Shown: positions 17,192 through 26,641 of the stretch, piece by piece
Layout: each line of letters begins with the position of its first letter
Position numbering within the stretch: the stretch's first letter is position 1
The notes under the pieces: generated by a model
The model's database searches: none
What the model saw: the letters and a program-made list of their open reading frames with translations, nothing else
Told to the model about the DNA's origin: nothing
Virus record (IMG/VR): IMGVR_UViG_3300045110_000277
Coordinates: 1-64,000 of that record
Strand: one strand, 5' to 3'
From: a virus
DNA: 64,000 bases
Translations under genes and position numbers: made by a program

Positions 17192-18798
17192 TGGACACCA
17201 AGGACCGGATGGCGAACGGGACGTACCCGATCACCAACCAGAAGCAGGCCAAGGCGGCCTGGGACCTGCGCGGGTCCAGCAAGACGTACTCCGAGGCCGA
17301 GGTGGTCTCGCACATCCGCGCGCAGGTCGCCAAGCACGGGCTGGAGATGCCCGCCGACAAGGTGGCCCCGAAGCAGAAGGCCGCTGCTGTCCCGCCGCAC
17401 GGCTTCATCTGGCCCGAGGGGATGCCCGACTGCTCGCTGTGCGACCGGACGGCCAACGATCCGGTCCACGTCAACCCGCCCCGCAACCCGCAGCGGTTCG
17501 GGGAGAGCACGTACCGCACCGAGGCGTCCGACAAGAACCCGAACCCGTCGATGCCGGTGCGCTCCCACGCCTACACCCCGAACGTGAACATGATCACGAA
17601 CCGGGTGCTGTGCCAGGGCTGCGGGGAGAACCTCGGCAACGGCATCCACGTGGTCGGGATGCCCGCCGGGATGGTCCCGTCCAGCTCGAACTCGGGCATC
17701 TGGGGTGCCGGGCAGACTGCGGTGGGCGCCGGGGGCTCACCGTTCGGCGCCGGGCCGCAGCTGGCGGAGCTGTCCGCGCATCGGTTCGAGCCGATGGACG
17801 GCCACGACGGCTGCGGGCTGGGCTGTGGGCTGCCGAGCTCGGACGAACTGCACACGCGAACGCCCGTTCGCACCCAGCCGAGGCAGCAGGCCGACCTCTC
17901 CGACGGCTCCGCCTACGACCAGGCGCAGCGCGCCCTGGCCCTGATGGCCATCGCCGACGAGGCGCTCGACCAGGCCCAGCCGCTGCTGGCTGCCGCCCTC
18001 GGGATGCCCAACCCGGACTCCGACGATGAGCCGGTGCGGGTGGCTGCCCAGGTCGCCTTCGTCTCCGAGATCGGTCAGAAGCTGGTCTTCGCGGCGCCCG
18101 GGTCCACCGGCTTCGACGTGTCGTCGCTGCCCCGGGAGATCGCCGCCGGCTTCCAGCGGGCGAGCGCGGCCAACCCCTACAACCTGTGGGTGACGGGGCG
18201 CTACGTCGAGGCGGACCGGCCGAACCGCAACGCGGCGTACTGGTCCACCGCTGACCTGGAGGTCGGCCAGCCGTCGGTTGCGCACGGGCCGATCAACTGG
18301 AACCACCAGGAGAAGGAGATCATCGGCTGCATCGCGGCGACCGAGCTGGTCAAGGTCGAGCGCCAGGCCGCCTCCGACGTGGGCAGTCACATCGTCGCGC
18401 TCGCCGCGGTGTGGGGCTTCATCTACCCGGAGCGGGCCCGCGCGGTGCAGAAGGCGTCGGAGGACCAGAAGCTCTGGTACTCGATGGAGTGCATCAGCCG
18501 GGAGGTCGCGTGCCTGTCGGGTGACTGTGGTGTGGTGCTCCCGTACCGCGACTACATGACGCGGCAGACCTCGCGCTGCGAGCACATGCTGGGCGGCGCA
18601 CCGCGCCGGTTCGTGGACCCGGTGTTCGGCGGCGGGGCCATGATCGTCCCGCCAGTACGGCCCGGGTGGGCAAATGCCGATGCACGGGTGATGAAGCAGG
18701 CGGCCGCGTTGGCCGAACGACAGGCAGCCGCCTTCGGCGACCTGACCACCTCAGAAGCCGAGCTGCTGGTGGCCCAGCTGATCGGGACAGGAGAGTAG
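17191..18798 (+). CDS. Capsid maturation protease-like protein with multi-module N-terminus
   Basis: PNRN...PINWNH...IIG...WYSMEC C-terminal domain; position between portal and scaffold. Confidence 0.55.
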   Translation: MDTKDRMANGTYPITNQKQAKAAWDLRGSSKTYSEAEVVSHIRAQVAKHGLEMPADKVAPKQKAAAVPPHGFIWPEGMPDCSLCDRTANDPVHVNPPRNPQRFGESTYRTEASDKNPNPSMPVRSHAYTPNVNMITNRVLCQGCGENLGNGIHVVGMPAGMVPSSSNSGIWGAGQTAVGAGGSPFGAGPQLAELSAHRFEPMDGHDGCGLGCGLPSSDELHTRTPVRTQPRQQADLSDGSAYDQAQRALALMAIADEALDQAQPLLAAALGMPNPDSDDEPVRVAAQVAFVSEIGQKLVFAAPGSTGFDVSSLPREIAAGFQRASAANPYNLWVTGRYVEADRPNRNAAYWSTADLEVGQPSVAHGPINWNHQEKEIIGCIAATELVKVERQAASDVGSHIVALAAVWGFIYPERARAVQKASEDQKLWYSMECISREVACLSGDCGVVLPYRDYMTRQTSRCEHMLGGAPRRFVDPVFGGGAMIVPPVRPGWANADARVMKQAAALAERQAAAFGDLTTSEAELLVAQLIGTGE

Positions 18799-18800
18799 CC

Positions 18801-19454
18801 ATGCCCGCACCGAGCCCGTTCCCGGTCCCGGACCCCAACAACACCACGCTCGGCGAGCTGAACCCGGCGTTCGGCCCGGCCGGGTCCAACGGCGGCGTCT
18901 CGCCCGGTCACATCGTGGCCGTGTCCGAGAAGTCCTTGACCAGCAACGTCGCCCTGCTCGTGGTCGGCGCGCACCCGTTCGCCGTCGGCGACTCGGTGCT
19001 GGTCAACATCGGCGACGCGATCTACGACGGCGTGCAGACGCTGACGGCCGTGACCAGCACCAGCGTGTCCTTCGCCAAGACCCACGCCGACGTGGTGGGC
19101 GGGCCGTACACGATCACGAACAAGCTGCTCGCCAGCTTCGTGGGCACGCTGACCATGGCGGCCACCACCGGCCTGGCCGTGGGTGACCTGGTGACCGTCT
19201 CCGGCCTGTCCGGGTTCAACGGCACGTACGTGATCAAGTCGCTGACCGGCACCACGATCAGCTTCCGGATCTACGCCGCAGACGTGGGCACGGCAGCCGC
19301 GTCCGGCACCATCACCCGGATCGGGCCGCTGCGCGGCACGGTCGAGTCCAACCTCGCCTACGACGCCGCGTTCGTGGTGCCCGAGGCGGTCCTGCCCCAG
19401 CAGCCGGCCGCCAACCAGGCGCTGCCGAACACCGACACCGGGGGCATGGGCTGA
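18801..19454 (+). CDS. Virion accessory protein with two LTSNV-type beta-domains
   Basis: KSLTSNVALL...HPFAVGDSV...YDG...TAVTSTSVSFAKTHADV, repeated. Confidence 0.65.
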   Translation: MPAPSPFPVPDPNNTTLGELNPAFGPAGSNGGVSPGHIVAVSEKSLTSNVALLVVGAHPFAVGDSVLVNIGDAIYDGVQTLTAVTSTSVSFAKTHADVVGGPYTITNKLLASFVGTLTMAATTGLAVGDLVTVSGLSGFNGTYVIKSLTGTTISFRIYAADVGTAAASGTITRIGPLRGTVESNLAYDAAFVVPEAVLPQQPAANQALPNTDTGGMG

Positions 19455-19624
19455 TGCCGGACCCGCAGGACATCTTCCCGGCGGCGCCAACGACCGTCGA
19501 CACCGCGTTCGAGGAGACGCCGGACGAGCCGGCCGACTTCGGCGCCTTCAGGGCCGGCGACCCGCTGCTGCCGGCGCGGGACGACCAGCAGCTGCCCAAC
19601 ACCGACCCCGGCATCACCGGCTGA
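19454..19624 (+). CDS. Small acidic protein
   Basis: TGATG coupling; C-terminal LPNTD shared with the upstream gene. Confidence 0.55.
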   Translation: MPDPQDIFPAAPTTVDTAFEETPDEPADFGAFRAGDPLLPARDDQQLPNTDPGITG

Positions 19625-19636
19625 GAGAAGGACGAC

Positions 19637-19837
19637 ATGCCCCAGGACGACTACTCCAGCGCGGTCACCGACATCAAGACCGCCCCGCACAACATCCCGA
19701 CCGACGGCGACCCGAACCCCGCCTTCAAGGGCACCGCGAGCACCCCGCAGCAGTTCCCGTTCGTGGAGATCAACCAGCTCGACATCGGTGGCTCTGTGGG
19801 CTCGCTGCCCGCCACCGATCTGCCCATCCGCGGCTAG
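19637..19837 (+). CDS. Small hypothetical protein
   Basis: AAGGA RBS, GC3 bias. Confidence 0.6.
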   Translation: MPQDDYSSAVTDIKTAPHNIPTDGDPNPAFKGTASTPQQFPFVEINQLDIGGSVGSLPATDLPIRG

Positions 19838-19896
19838 CGCCCTGCGGCCCGACGGCCGTTGGCATCTCCAGTGGGTGCCAACGGCCGTTCGCACGT

Positions 19897-19922
19897 CAGT
19901 TGCGGCTCCCTAGTGCCGATAT
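19897..19922 (+). promoter_or_regulatory. Putative sigma28/WhiG-type promoter for the scaffold-capsid operon
   Basis: CAGTT-N13-GCCGATAT; two palindrome copies (19847-19864, 19876-19893) lie just upstream. Confidence 0.65.
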
Positions 19923-19971
19923 GCCCGGCACAGGCCGGAGTCCTCCGGCCGTTCCATGCCGAGGAGGGCAG

Positions 19972-20517
19972 ATGGCCGAGCCGCGCACCTTCACCGAGGG
20001 TGAGGCGTACGCGCTCGTCTCCGACGCAGTTCAGCGTGAGACGGCAGCCGTGGTTGCGGAGAAGGAGACGCTCACCGAGCGCCTCACCGCGGCCGAGACC
20101 GAGCGGGACGCGGCTCTTGCCCGCGCCACCGCCGCGGAGGAGCTTGCCGCCACGACCAAGACCGCCCACGACGAGTTCGTGGCGGGTCTCGAAGCGCAGA
20201 AGGCCCAGGAGGCGAAGCGCACCGAGCGCCTCGCCAAGCTGGCCGAGGTCGCTCCGGGTCTCACGGTCGAGGCCGAGCGCGCGGACCGCATCGTGGCGAT
20301 GAGCGACGAGGCGTTCGACGAGATGGTGGAGACGGTCCGCGAGACCGCCGCTGCCAAGCCGACCGAGGGCTCCACGCCTCCGCCGGCCGCACCCACGGGC
20401 GTGCCGCGCGAGTCGGCCGCCTTCCAGGGCAAGAGCCCCGCAGAGGGCGACGCCGCCACCACCGGGTCGGTGATGGGTCTCCTCGGAGCCCGTCGCGCGA
20501 TGGCCGGCAAGCAGTAG
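19972..20517 (+). CDS. Capsid scaffolding protein
   Basis: RTFTEGE N-terminus, coiled coil, position before the capsid genes. Confidence 0.75.
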   Translation: MAEPRTFTEGEAYALVSDAVQRETAAVVAEKETLTERLTAAETERDAALARATAAEELAATTKTAHDEFVAGLEAQKAQEAKRTERLAKLAEVAPGLTVEAERADRIVAMSDEAFDEMVETVRETAAAKPTEGSTPPPAAPTGVPRESAAFQGKSPAEGDAATTGSVMGLLGARRAMAGKQ

Positions 20518-20533
20518 AGGGGAGGGTCCAACC

Positions 20534-21064
20534 ATGGCATCTGACTACGGCCTCAACTTCGGCTTCCGCCGGAGCGACGAGTCCACGCGCGTCAGCGAGG
20601 GCAGGCTGAAGGTTCCGGCGACGGGCACCTTCCGTCTCGGCTCGCTGGTCATGTTCGACAGCGCGTCGGCCGGCTACCTCAAGGCCGCCACTTCCGGCGC
20701 GGTCGGCGAGGGCGGCACCAACGGCCTGCTCGTGCAGGAGGAGATCTGGGACCGCTCGGTGTACGCGCCGAGCACCATCGACTCCTTCTACCTGGGTCTG
20801 GCCCGCAACAACCGGCTCGCGGTCATCGCGTCCGGCGCGGGCACCAAGGTGTGGTTCAAGAACACCGCGGCCCAGACCAGGGCGGACGGCCGAGTGGTTT
20901 CGGCGGTCACGATGGTCGACTTCTCGACCCCGCCCGCTGTCAACGACTACCTGACCTGGACCGGCACGCAGTACGCCAAGTCCGGCTCGGGAGTCTCCGA
21001 CTCGATGCTTCGGGTCACGCTGTCCAACGGCGTGGACTACCTCGAAGCCGTCCTCGTTCGCTAG
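20534..21064 (+). CDS. Head decoration/cement protein (putative)
   Basis: Small beta-rich gene between scaffold and major capsid protein. Confidence 0.6.
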   Translation: MASDYGLNFGFRRSDESTRVSEGRLKVPATGTFRLGSLVMFDSASAGYLKAATSGAVGEGGTNGLLVQEEIWDRSVYAPSTIDSFYLGLARNNRLAVIASGAGTKVWFKNTAAQTRADGRVVSAVTMVDFSTPPAVNDYLTWTGTQYAKSGSGVSDSMLRVTLSNGVDYLEAVLVR

Positions 21065-21079
21065 AAGGGAGGCACCGAC

Positions 21080-22054
21080 ATGACCGTCATCAACGACCTG
21101 GCCCGCACGCGGGCCGCGATGAACCCCTGGGGCGCCTCTGGCGAGGGCGTCGAGGCGTACCAGAAGGCCGCTGCGGAGCTCAACGAGGCCGCGCGGACCC
21201 GCTGGGACGACCCGGACTTCCACCGTCAGGTGGCAGCCGACATCAACAGCATCGTGGACTACCAGTTCACGTTCGAGAACCTGTTCGGCTCGTACTTCGA
21301 CGTGCAGAACGTCGGCGAGTTCGACCGGGTGATCCTCCGCGAGCGTCGCGGCCTCAAGGTGTTCTACACCTCGCGGGGCGGCTACATCGAGGAGAGCCAG
21401 CTCAAGTCGGAGATCTGGGAGCTGCCGCGCGACACCATCGGCTTCCACGTCTCCGAGTTCGCCGACAAGCTGCGGATGAACTTCGCCGAGAGCATCGAGG
21501 ACCTCGTGACGCTGGGCGCTGCCCGGCTGGAGGCCGAGGTCAACCGGCGCATGTTCAACCTCCTCCAGGAGGCCATCCCCAGCTCCAGCTCGTACTACGT
21601 GGCCAGCACCGGGCTCACGAAGGCGCAGCTGGACACGGCGATCCGCCAGGTGAAGGACGCCATCAAGCCGAACGGGATGGGCCCCGTGCCTGTCACGATC
21701 ATCGGCCGGGCGTCCATGGTCGACCAGATCTCGGACTTCAACCTCGGGTTCGACCCTGAGGCCACGTCGGAGATTCGTGCCAAGGGGCGCCTCGGCGTCT
21801 ACCGCGGCGCGAACGTCGTGCAGGTGATCAACTACACCGACGAGAACGCGCTCCCCTACATCCCGGCGAACGAGCTGTGGGTGTTCGGCGGGACCGTCGG
21901 CAAGTTCGCCATGTACGGCGGCCTCCAGACCAAGAGCTGGGAGGAGAACACCGTGGACTACCGCCACTACAAGGCGCGGAAGGACATCGGTGGGCTCATC
22001 CACCACCCGGAGCAGGCGCGCCGGATCGTCGACAGCTCGGTGACCGAGGTCTAG
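21080..22054 (+). CDS. Major capsid protein (HK97-fold, putative)
   Basis: 324 aa, strong RBS, optimal codons, GRLGVYRGANVV, followed by a strong terminator. Confidence 0.8.
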   Translation: MTVINDLARTRAAMNPWGASGEGVEAYQKAAAELNEAARTRWDDPDFHRQVAADINSIVDYQFTFENLFGSYFDVQNVGEFDRVILRERRGLKVFYTSRGGYIEESQLKSEIWELPRDTIGFHVSEFADKLRMNFAESIEDLVTLGAARLEAEVNRRMFNLLQEAIPSSSSYYVASTGLTKAQLDTAIRQVKDAIKPNGMGPVPVTIIGRASMVDQISDFNLGFDPEATSEIRAKGRLGVYRGANVVQVINYTDENALPYIPANELWVFGGTVGKFAMYGGLQTKSWEENTVDYRHYKARKDIGGLIHHPEQARRIVDSSVTEV

Positions 22055-22079
22055 CCTCGGCCGCACCCCTCCTGGGGTC

Positions 22080-22128
22080 GAGAGGGTCCCTGCCTTGTGG
22101 TCTTAGGCAGGGGCCCTCTCCGTTTGTT
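22080..22128 (+). terminator. Intrinsic terminator after the capsid gene
   Basis: GAGAGGGTCCCTGCCT...AGGCAGGGGCCCTCTC followed by CGTTTGTT. Confidence 0.8.
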
Positions 22129-22149
22129 CGGGCCCCGCCCGGCCGATAT
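22124..22149 (+). promoter_or_regulatory. Putative sigma28/WhiG-type promoter
   Basis: TTGTT-N13-GCCGATAT. Confidence 0.5.
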
Positions 22150-22167
22150 CTCCCTCGGGAGGCCGGT

Positions 22168-22407
22168 ATGAGCGGCGAGGAACGTGAGTTCGACCCGGAT
22201 GACCCGTCCAAGATCATGCGGGTGTACCTGAGCAAGGTCGAGAACGGCGTGGAGTCCACCGCCGAGATCTCCGTCCCGGGCCCCTACCACCCCGAGATCC
22301 TCGAAGACCTGTGCCGCAAGGCGCTGATCACCCTGGGCGGCATCTTCTCCGAGGAGGAGACCGCCGACTACCTCCAGGAGATGTTCGACGAAGATCCGGC
22401 GCCCTAG
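22168..22407 (+). CDS. Small acidic hypothetical protein
   Basis: GGAGG RBS + ATG. Confidence 0.65.
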   Translation: MSGEEREFDPDDPSKIMRVYLSKVENGVESTAEISVPGPYHPEILEDLCRKALITLGGIFSEEETADYLQEMFDEDPAP

Positions 22408-22417
22408 CCGCCGAAGA
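22391..22417 (+). promoter_or_regulatory. Putative sigma28/WhiG-type promoter
   Basis: AAGAT-N14-GCCGAAGA. Confidence 0.55.
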
Positions 22418-22468
22418 CCTCGGTACTGCACCTGCCGCCCCCTGCAAAGGGCACACCGAGGAGACCCG

Positions 22469-22999
22469 ATGGCCAGCACGAAGCTGAAGCCCCGCAACGA
22501 CCACGAGGAGATCTGGGAGGTCCAGATCCCCGGCACGATCTACCTGCAGGTCACCACCCACAACCGGCACGGCCAGTCGATGGACGCCGACCTGGCGCTG
22601 GGCCCGAACAAGGTCGGCCACCAGTTCCGCATCTCCGACGCCGACCGGGTGATGAACCAGGAGCGCATCCAGGACTCGATCAACGACCCGTTCACCAACG
22701 GGATGCTGATCCGCTGCGACGCCGACCAGCAGGCCGACGAGGACACCGCCTCCGACCAGGCGCTGTCGGCCGCCGACCTGACGCTGATCTTCGACCAGCA
22801 CGGCGCGGTGTTCGAGAACGCCATCCGCCCGCTCGGCGAGATCAACCTGCGCCGGCTGCTGGACATCGGCTCGGCGATGGACGCCTCCCACAAGCAGATC
22901 GAGACCTTGGAGGAGCTGATCCGCGAGCGGTACGGCAAGGGCGGGGCGCAGGACCTCGACCAGGCCCAGCTGCTGTCAGGCGGGCTGCTCCCCGGCTGA
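22469..22999 (+). CDS. Hypothetical protein (head/neck region)
   Basis: GAGGAG RBS, clean ORF. Confidence 0.7.
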   Translation: MASTKLKPRNDHEEIWEVQIPGTIYLQVTTHNRHGQSMDADLALGPNKVGHQFRISDADRVMNQERIQDSINDPFTNGMLIRCDADQQADEDTASDQALSAADLTLIFDQHGAVFENAIRPLGEINLRRLLDIGSAMDASHKQIETLEELIRERYGKGGAQDLDQAQLLSGGLLPG

Positions 23000-23073
23000 G
23001 ACCTGCGGGGGGCCGCTGGCTGCCGCACCTGGGCGATGCAGGCGCCCGACCGCGACCGAGCCGCGGCCCCCCG

Positions 23074-23100
23074 CAGATACCCCACCCCTGCAGCCGATGA
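23074..23100 (+). promoter_or_regulatory. Putative sigma28/WhiG-type promoter
   Basis: CAGAT-N14-GCCGATGA. Confidence 0.65.
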
Positions 23101-23132
23101 CCTGATCAGACCGCTCCAGGGAGGACCGCCTG

Positions 23133-23912
23133 ATGACCGAGACCGTGCCGCACATCCGCATCACCGTCGGCAACTCGTCGCCGCACGAGCTGTTCGACCA
23201 CGACCCGGAGAACCTCGGGGACCAGTACCGTCTCCAGGTCCGCGGTGGCGAGGTCATCTCGACCCCGGACGGCGAGCCGGACATCCACCGGGTGCCGCTG
23301 GAGCTGGGCAACAACACGGTCATCGAGTGGCCGCACGAGTCGCCCATCGACCACCTGCTGCCGACCATCAAGCAGCTGTGGGGCAAGCACTCCGCCGACC
23401 CGGGCACCTGGGTGGTCATCGAGAACGACGGCGACGACCCGGCTCGCGCGGCCTTGGTGAAGGCGCTCCTGGAGGCGTACTTCAACATCCGGCAGCCGGA
23501 CCCGGGCGAGATCACCGCGCTGGTGACCAACGCGGGCCTGGACTTCATCGCCAAGCAGCTCTCGGGCGGCACGGCGTCGGCGACAGCGGTGGCGAAGTGG
23601 ATGGCCCTGACGGCCAACGCCTCGGCGGCGTCCGCCTCGGACACCACGCTGACCGCGGAGATCGCCACCGGCGGCGGTGGCCTGATCCGCGCCGTGGCCA
23701 CGTACGCACACACCGGCTCGGCGAGCACGTACACGCTGACCATCACGTACACGGCGAACGGCTCGGACTCCCTGCCGGTCACCATCGCCAAGATGGGCGT
23801 GTTCGACGCGGCCTCCACCGGCAACCTGGTCTACGAGACGCTGCTCTCGGCGACCGCCACGCTGACCGCCTCAGGTGACCAGCTCACCGTGACGGAGACG
23901 GTCACGATCTGA
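23133..23912 (+). CDS. Two-domain virion protein (C-half tail-fibre/collar-type beta domain)
   Basis: VTNAG...MALT......DTTLTAEI...GL.RA...KMGVFDAASTG...GDQLTVT. Confidence 0.65.
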   Translation: MTETVPHIRITVGNSSPHELFDHDPENLGDQYRLQVRGGEVISTPDGEPDIHRVPLELGNNTVIEWPHESPIDHLLPTIKQLWGKHSADPGTWVVIENDGDDPARAALVKALLEAYFNIRQPDPGEITALVTNAGLDFIAKQLSGGTASATAVAKWMALTANASAASASDTTLTAEIATGGGGLIRAVATYAHTGSASTYTLTITYTANGSDSLPVTIAKMGVFDAASTGNLVYETLLSATATLTASGDQLTVTETVTI

Positions 23913-23914
23913 CC

Positions 23915-24271
23915 ATGGCGCTGATCCTGGCCGACCGGGTGAAGGACACGTCGACCACAACCGGGACCGGCACCCTGACGCTGGCTAACAGCGCGCCCGC
24001 GGGCTTCCAGACCTTCGGGTCGGTGATGGCCGACGGGGACGTGTGTTGGTACGCCCTGGTCGACTCCTCGGGCGCGTGGGAGACCGGCATCGGCACGTAC
24101 ACGGCCAGCGGCACGCACCTGAGCAGGGACACGGTGTTCTCCAGCTCGAACGCGAACGCGCTGGTGAACATCGCGGCTGGCACCACGACCGTCTTCCTCA
24201 CGATGCCGGCCAAGCAGGCCATGACCCAAGGCGTAGCCGTCGCAACCGCCCTCGGCTGGGCCGGAAACTAG
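23915..24271 (+). CDS. Virion/fibre-associated protein
   Basis: MALILADRVKDTSTTTGTGTLTL...WETGIGTY, a widespread phage structural motif. Confidence 0.7.
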   Translation: MALILADRVKDTSTTTGTGTLTLANSAPAGFQTFGSVMADGDVCWYALVDSSGAWETGIGTYTASGTHLSRDTVFSSSNANALVNIAAGTTTVFLTMPAKQAMTQGVAVATALGWAGN

Positions 24272-24280
24272 GAGCTGAGC

Positions 24281-24736
24281 ATGGCCGCCAACCAGAGCCC
24301 GATCTTCACTCTGACGCCGAAGATCGGTCGCAAGGCGTGGACCTCCTCGACGACGGCGAACACCAAGTCCGACGGCGCGGGCACCATCGGCACCGACATC
24401 CTGCTGGTGTTCACCGGCGGCACCAACGGATCGTTCCTGAACCGGGTGCGGCTGTCCCCGTACGCCTCGGCCGCGGGCACCGCGACCACCCCGACCGTCG
24501 CGCGGCTGTACCTGTCGACGCAGACCTCCTCGACGACAACGGCCGCTGACACCTCGCTGTTCGCGGAGGCGGCCTGCCCGGCCCAGACCGCTGACCAGGC
24601 GACCACGGCGACGAACTTCATCGAGATCCCGTGCGGCTTCTACATCCCGTCCACGATCAGCCTGCTGGTGTCGATGCACCACGCCGCAGCTGCCAACACC
24701 GGCTGGCAGTTCATCGCCTTCTACGGCGACTACTGA
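24281..24736 (+). CDS. Virion beta-sandwich protein
   Basis: MAANQSPIF...GDY; Thr/Ala-rich. Confidence 0.65.
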   Translation: MAANQSPIFTLTPKIGRKAWTSSTTANTKSDGAGTIGTDILLVFTGGTNGSFLNRVRLSPYASAAGTATTPTVARLYLSTQTSSTTTAADTSLFAEAACPAQTADQATTATNFIEIPCGFYIPSTISLLVSMHHAAAANTGWQFIAFYGDY

Positions 24737-24742
24737 GCCGCC

Positions 24743-25663
24743 GTGTTCGAGGACTACCTGGACGTTCTCGGCCAGTCCCGGGCGGACGTGCAGCTGTTCA
24801 AGGCCGGGGCCAACGCGCAGACGTGGCGCAAGCCCCGCGGCGCGCAGATGCTGCACATCGTGCTGTTCACCGCTGGTGGCGGTGGCGGCGGTGGGATGAC
24901 CGGCCTGACGGCGACGGTGCGCGGTGGTGGCGGTGGCGGCGGCGGCGGCGCGATCATCCAGGCGATCATCCCGCTGTACTACCTGCCTGACGTGCTGTAC
25001 CTGTCGGTGCCCCGTGGTGGCGCGGGTGGCGCGGCGACGGTGAACGGCTCGGCAGGCAGCATCCAGTCGCTGGTGTTGACCAACAACGTGACGCCCGCGG
25101 CTCCGGCGGGAAGCGACATCGTGCTCGGTGGCCAGGCCGGCTTCCTCGGCGCCGGGGGTACGGCCGGCTCTACGGGCGGCTCGGCGTCCGGTGGCTCGGG
25201 TGCGGGCGCTTCCAACGCCAACGGCGGCTGGGCGGTGATGGGCATCCGCAGCTTCCTGGCTGGCGGGAACGGCGGCGCGGGCGGTGTGGTCGGTGGCGGT
25301 GCGGGCACGGGCCTCACCATCGCCGGTGCGTCGCCGTACCGGATCTTCGGCGGCGCTGGCGGGGCGACAACGCCCGCTGGCAACAACGACTTCGCCGGCG
25401 GCGGCTTCACCGGCGCGGGCCTGTTCCCCAGCACGGCAGGCGGCACGGCCGGTGGCGGCAAGGGCGACGGGTCCCCGGCCTACTTCAACGGCTCCCTGGT
25501 CGTCTACGGCGGCACGGGTGGCGGCTCAGCGGGCGCTGGGACCGGCGGCGACGGTCAGGACGGTGGGTACCCGGGCGGCGGTGGTGGCGGCGGTGGCGGC
25601 GGCATCACGGGCGGCAAGGGCGGCAAGGGCGGCGACGGGCTCACGATAATGATTGCCTGGTGA
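24743..25663 (+). CDS. Glycine-rich domain protein, paralog 1
   Basis: W.KPRG..M...GGGGGGG...IPLYYLPDVLY...GGKGGDGLTIMIAW. Confidence 0.8.
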   Translation: MFEDYLDVLGQSRADVQLFKAGANAQTWRKPRGAQMLHIVLFTAGGGGGGGMTGLTATVRGGGGGGGGGAIIQAIIPLYYLPDVLYLSVPRGGAGGAATVNGSAGSIQSLVLTNNVTPAAPAGSDIVLGGQAGFLGAGGTAGSTGGSASGGSGAGASNANGGWAVMGIRSFLAGGNGGAGGVVGGGAGTGLTIAGASPYRIFGGAGGATTPAGNNDFAGGGFTGAGLFPSTAGGTAGGGKGDGSPAYFNGSLVVYGGTGGGSAGAGTGGDGQDGGYPGGGGGGGGGGITGGKGGKGGDGLTIMIAW

Positions 25664-25667
25664 GCTG

Positions 25668-26606
25668 ATGTTCCTCGACGCGATGGACGCACCGCCGTTC
25701 AACCTCGGCGCCAGCGACCTGCAGGTGTTCAAGGCGCAGGCGCCGGGCACCCAGGTCTGGCAACAGTGGCAGCGCCGACGCGGCGACACCATGTGCATGA
25801 TCACCTGCCTGGGCGCGGGCGGCTCTGGTGCGGGCGGCATGACCGGTGCGACCGGCTCGGTCCGCGGTGGCGGTGGCGGTGGTGGCAGCGGAGCGGTCGC
25901 CCGGCTGCTCATCCCGGTCTTCTTCCTGCCCGACACGCTGTTCATCAACGTGGGCAAGGGCGGGGCCGCGGTCGCCGCGGTTGCCGCGGGGAACCCGGGC
26001 AGTCTCAGCTACGTCAGCGTGGCCCCGAACACCACCGCGACCAACATCCTGCTGCAGTCCGGCGCGGCGGCAGCTACGGCGGCCACGGCGGGCTCCACGG
26101 GCGGCTCGGCGGCTGGCGGGGCGGCGGAGACCATCTCCACCATCGCGCTGTGCCTGCTGGCGAACCTGGGCATCGTGGAGTTCGCGGCCGGGCGGGCGGG
26201 GGCCATCGGCGGGGTGGTCGGCGGCGGGGCGGGCACCGCGATCACGTGGAACGCGGCGACGTACCCGATCCAGTCCGGCTCGGGTGGCGGGACCACGCCG
26301 GCGGCCAACAGCCAGTTCGCCGGCGGGGCCCAGACCGGCTCCGGCTTCACGCTGCCAACGGTCGCTGGCGGCGCGTCTGGTGGCAACCCGGGCGACGGCA
26401 CCATGGGCCCGCCGAACAACGGGGTCGGTGGGTGGGCCTCCTACGGCGGCGTCGGTGGTGGCACCGGCGGGGCCGCCGGTCAGGTCGGTGGCAAGGGTGC
26501 AGACGCCGCGGGGTACGGCGGTGGCGGTGGCGGTGGAGGCGGTGGCGTGACCGGCGGTGGCGGTGGGGCCGGAGGCGACGGCCTGGTCACCATCGTCAGC
26601 TGGTAG
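25668..26606 (+). CDS. Glycine-rich domain protein, paralog 2
   Basis: Same architecture, ends GGDGLVTIVSW. Confidence 0.8.
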   Translation: MFLDAMDAPPFNLGASDLQVFKAQAPGTQVWQQWQRRRGDTMCMITCLGAGGSGAGGMTGATGSVRGGGGGGGSGAVARLLIPVFFLPDTLFINVGKGGAAVAAVAAGNPGSLSYVSVAPNTTATNILLQSGAAAATAATAGSTGGSAAGGAAETISTIALCLLANLGIVEFAAGRAGAIGGVVGGGAGTAITWNAATYPIQSGSGGGTTPAANSQFAGGAQTGSGFTLPTVAGGASGGNPGDGTMGPPNNGVGGWASYGGVGGGTGGAAGQVGGKGADAAGYGGGGGGGGGGVTGGGGGAGGDGLVTIVSW

Positions 26607-26607
26607 C

Positions 26608-26634
26608 CAGATGACCCTTCCGCCGAGCCGATAG
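26608..26634 (+). promoter_or_regulatory. Putative sigma28/WhiG-type promoter (leaderless)
   Basis: CAGAT-N14-GCCGATAG, ATG 7 nt downstream. Confidence 0.7.
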
Positions 26635-26641
26635 GACGAGC

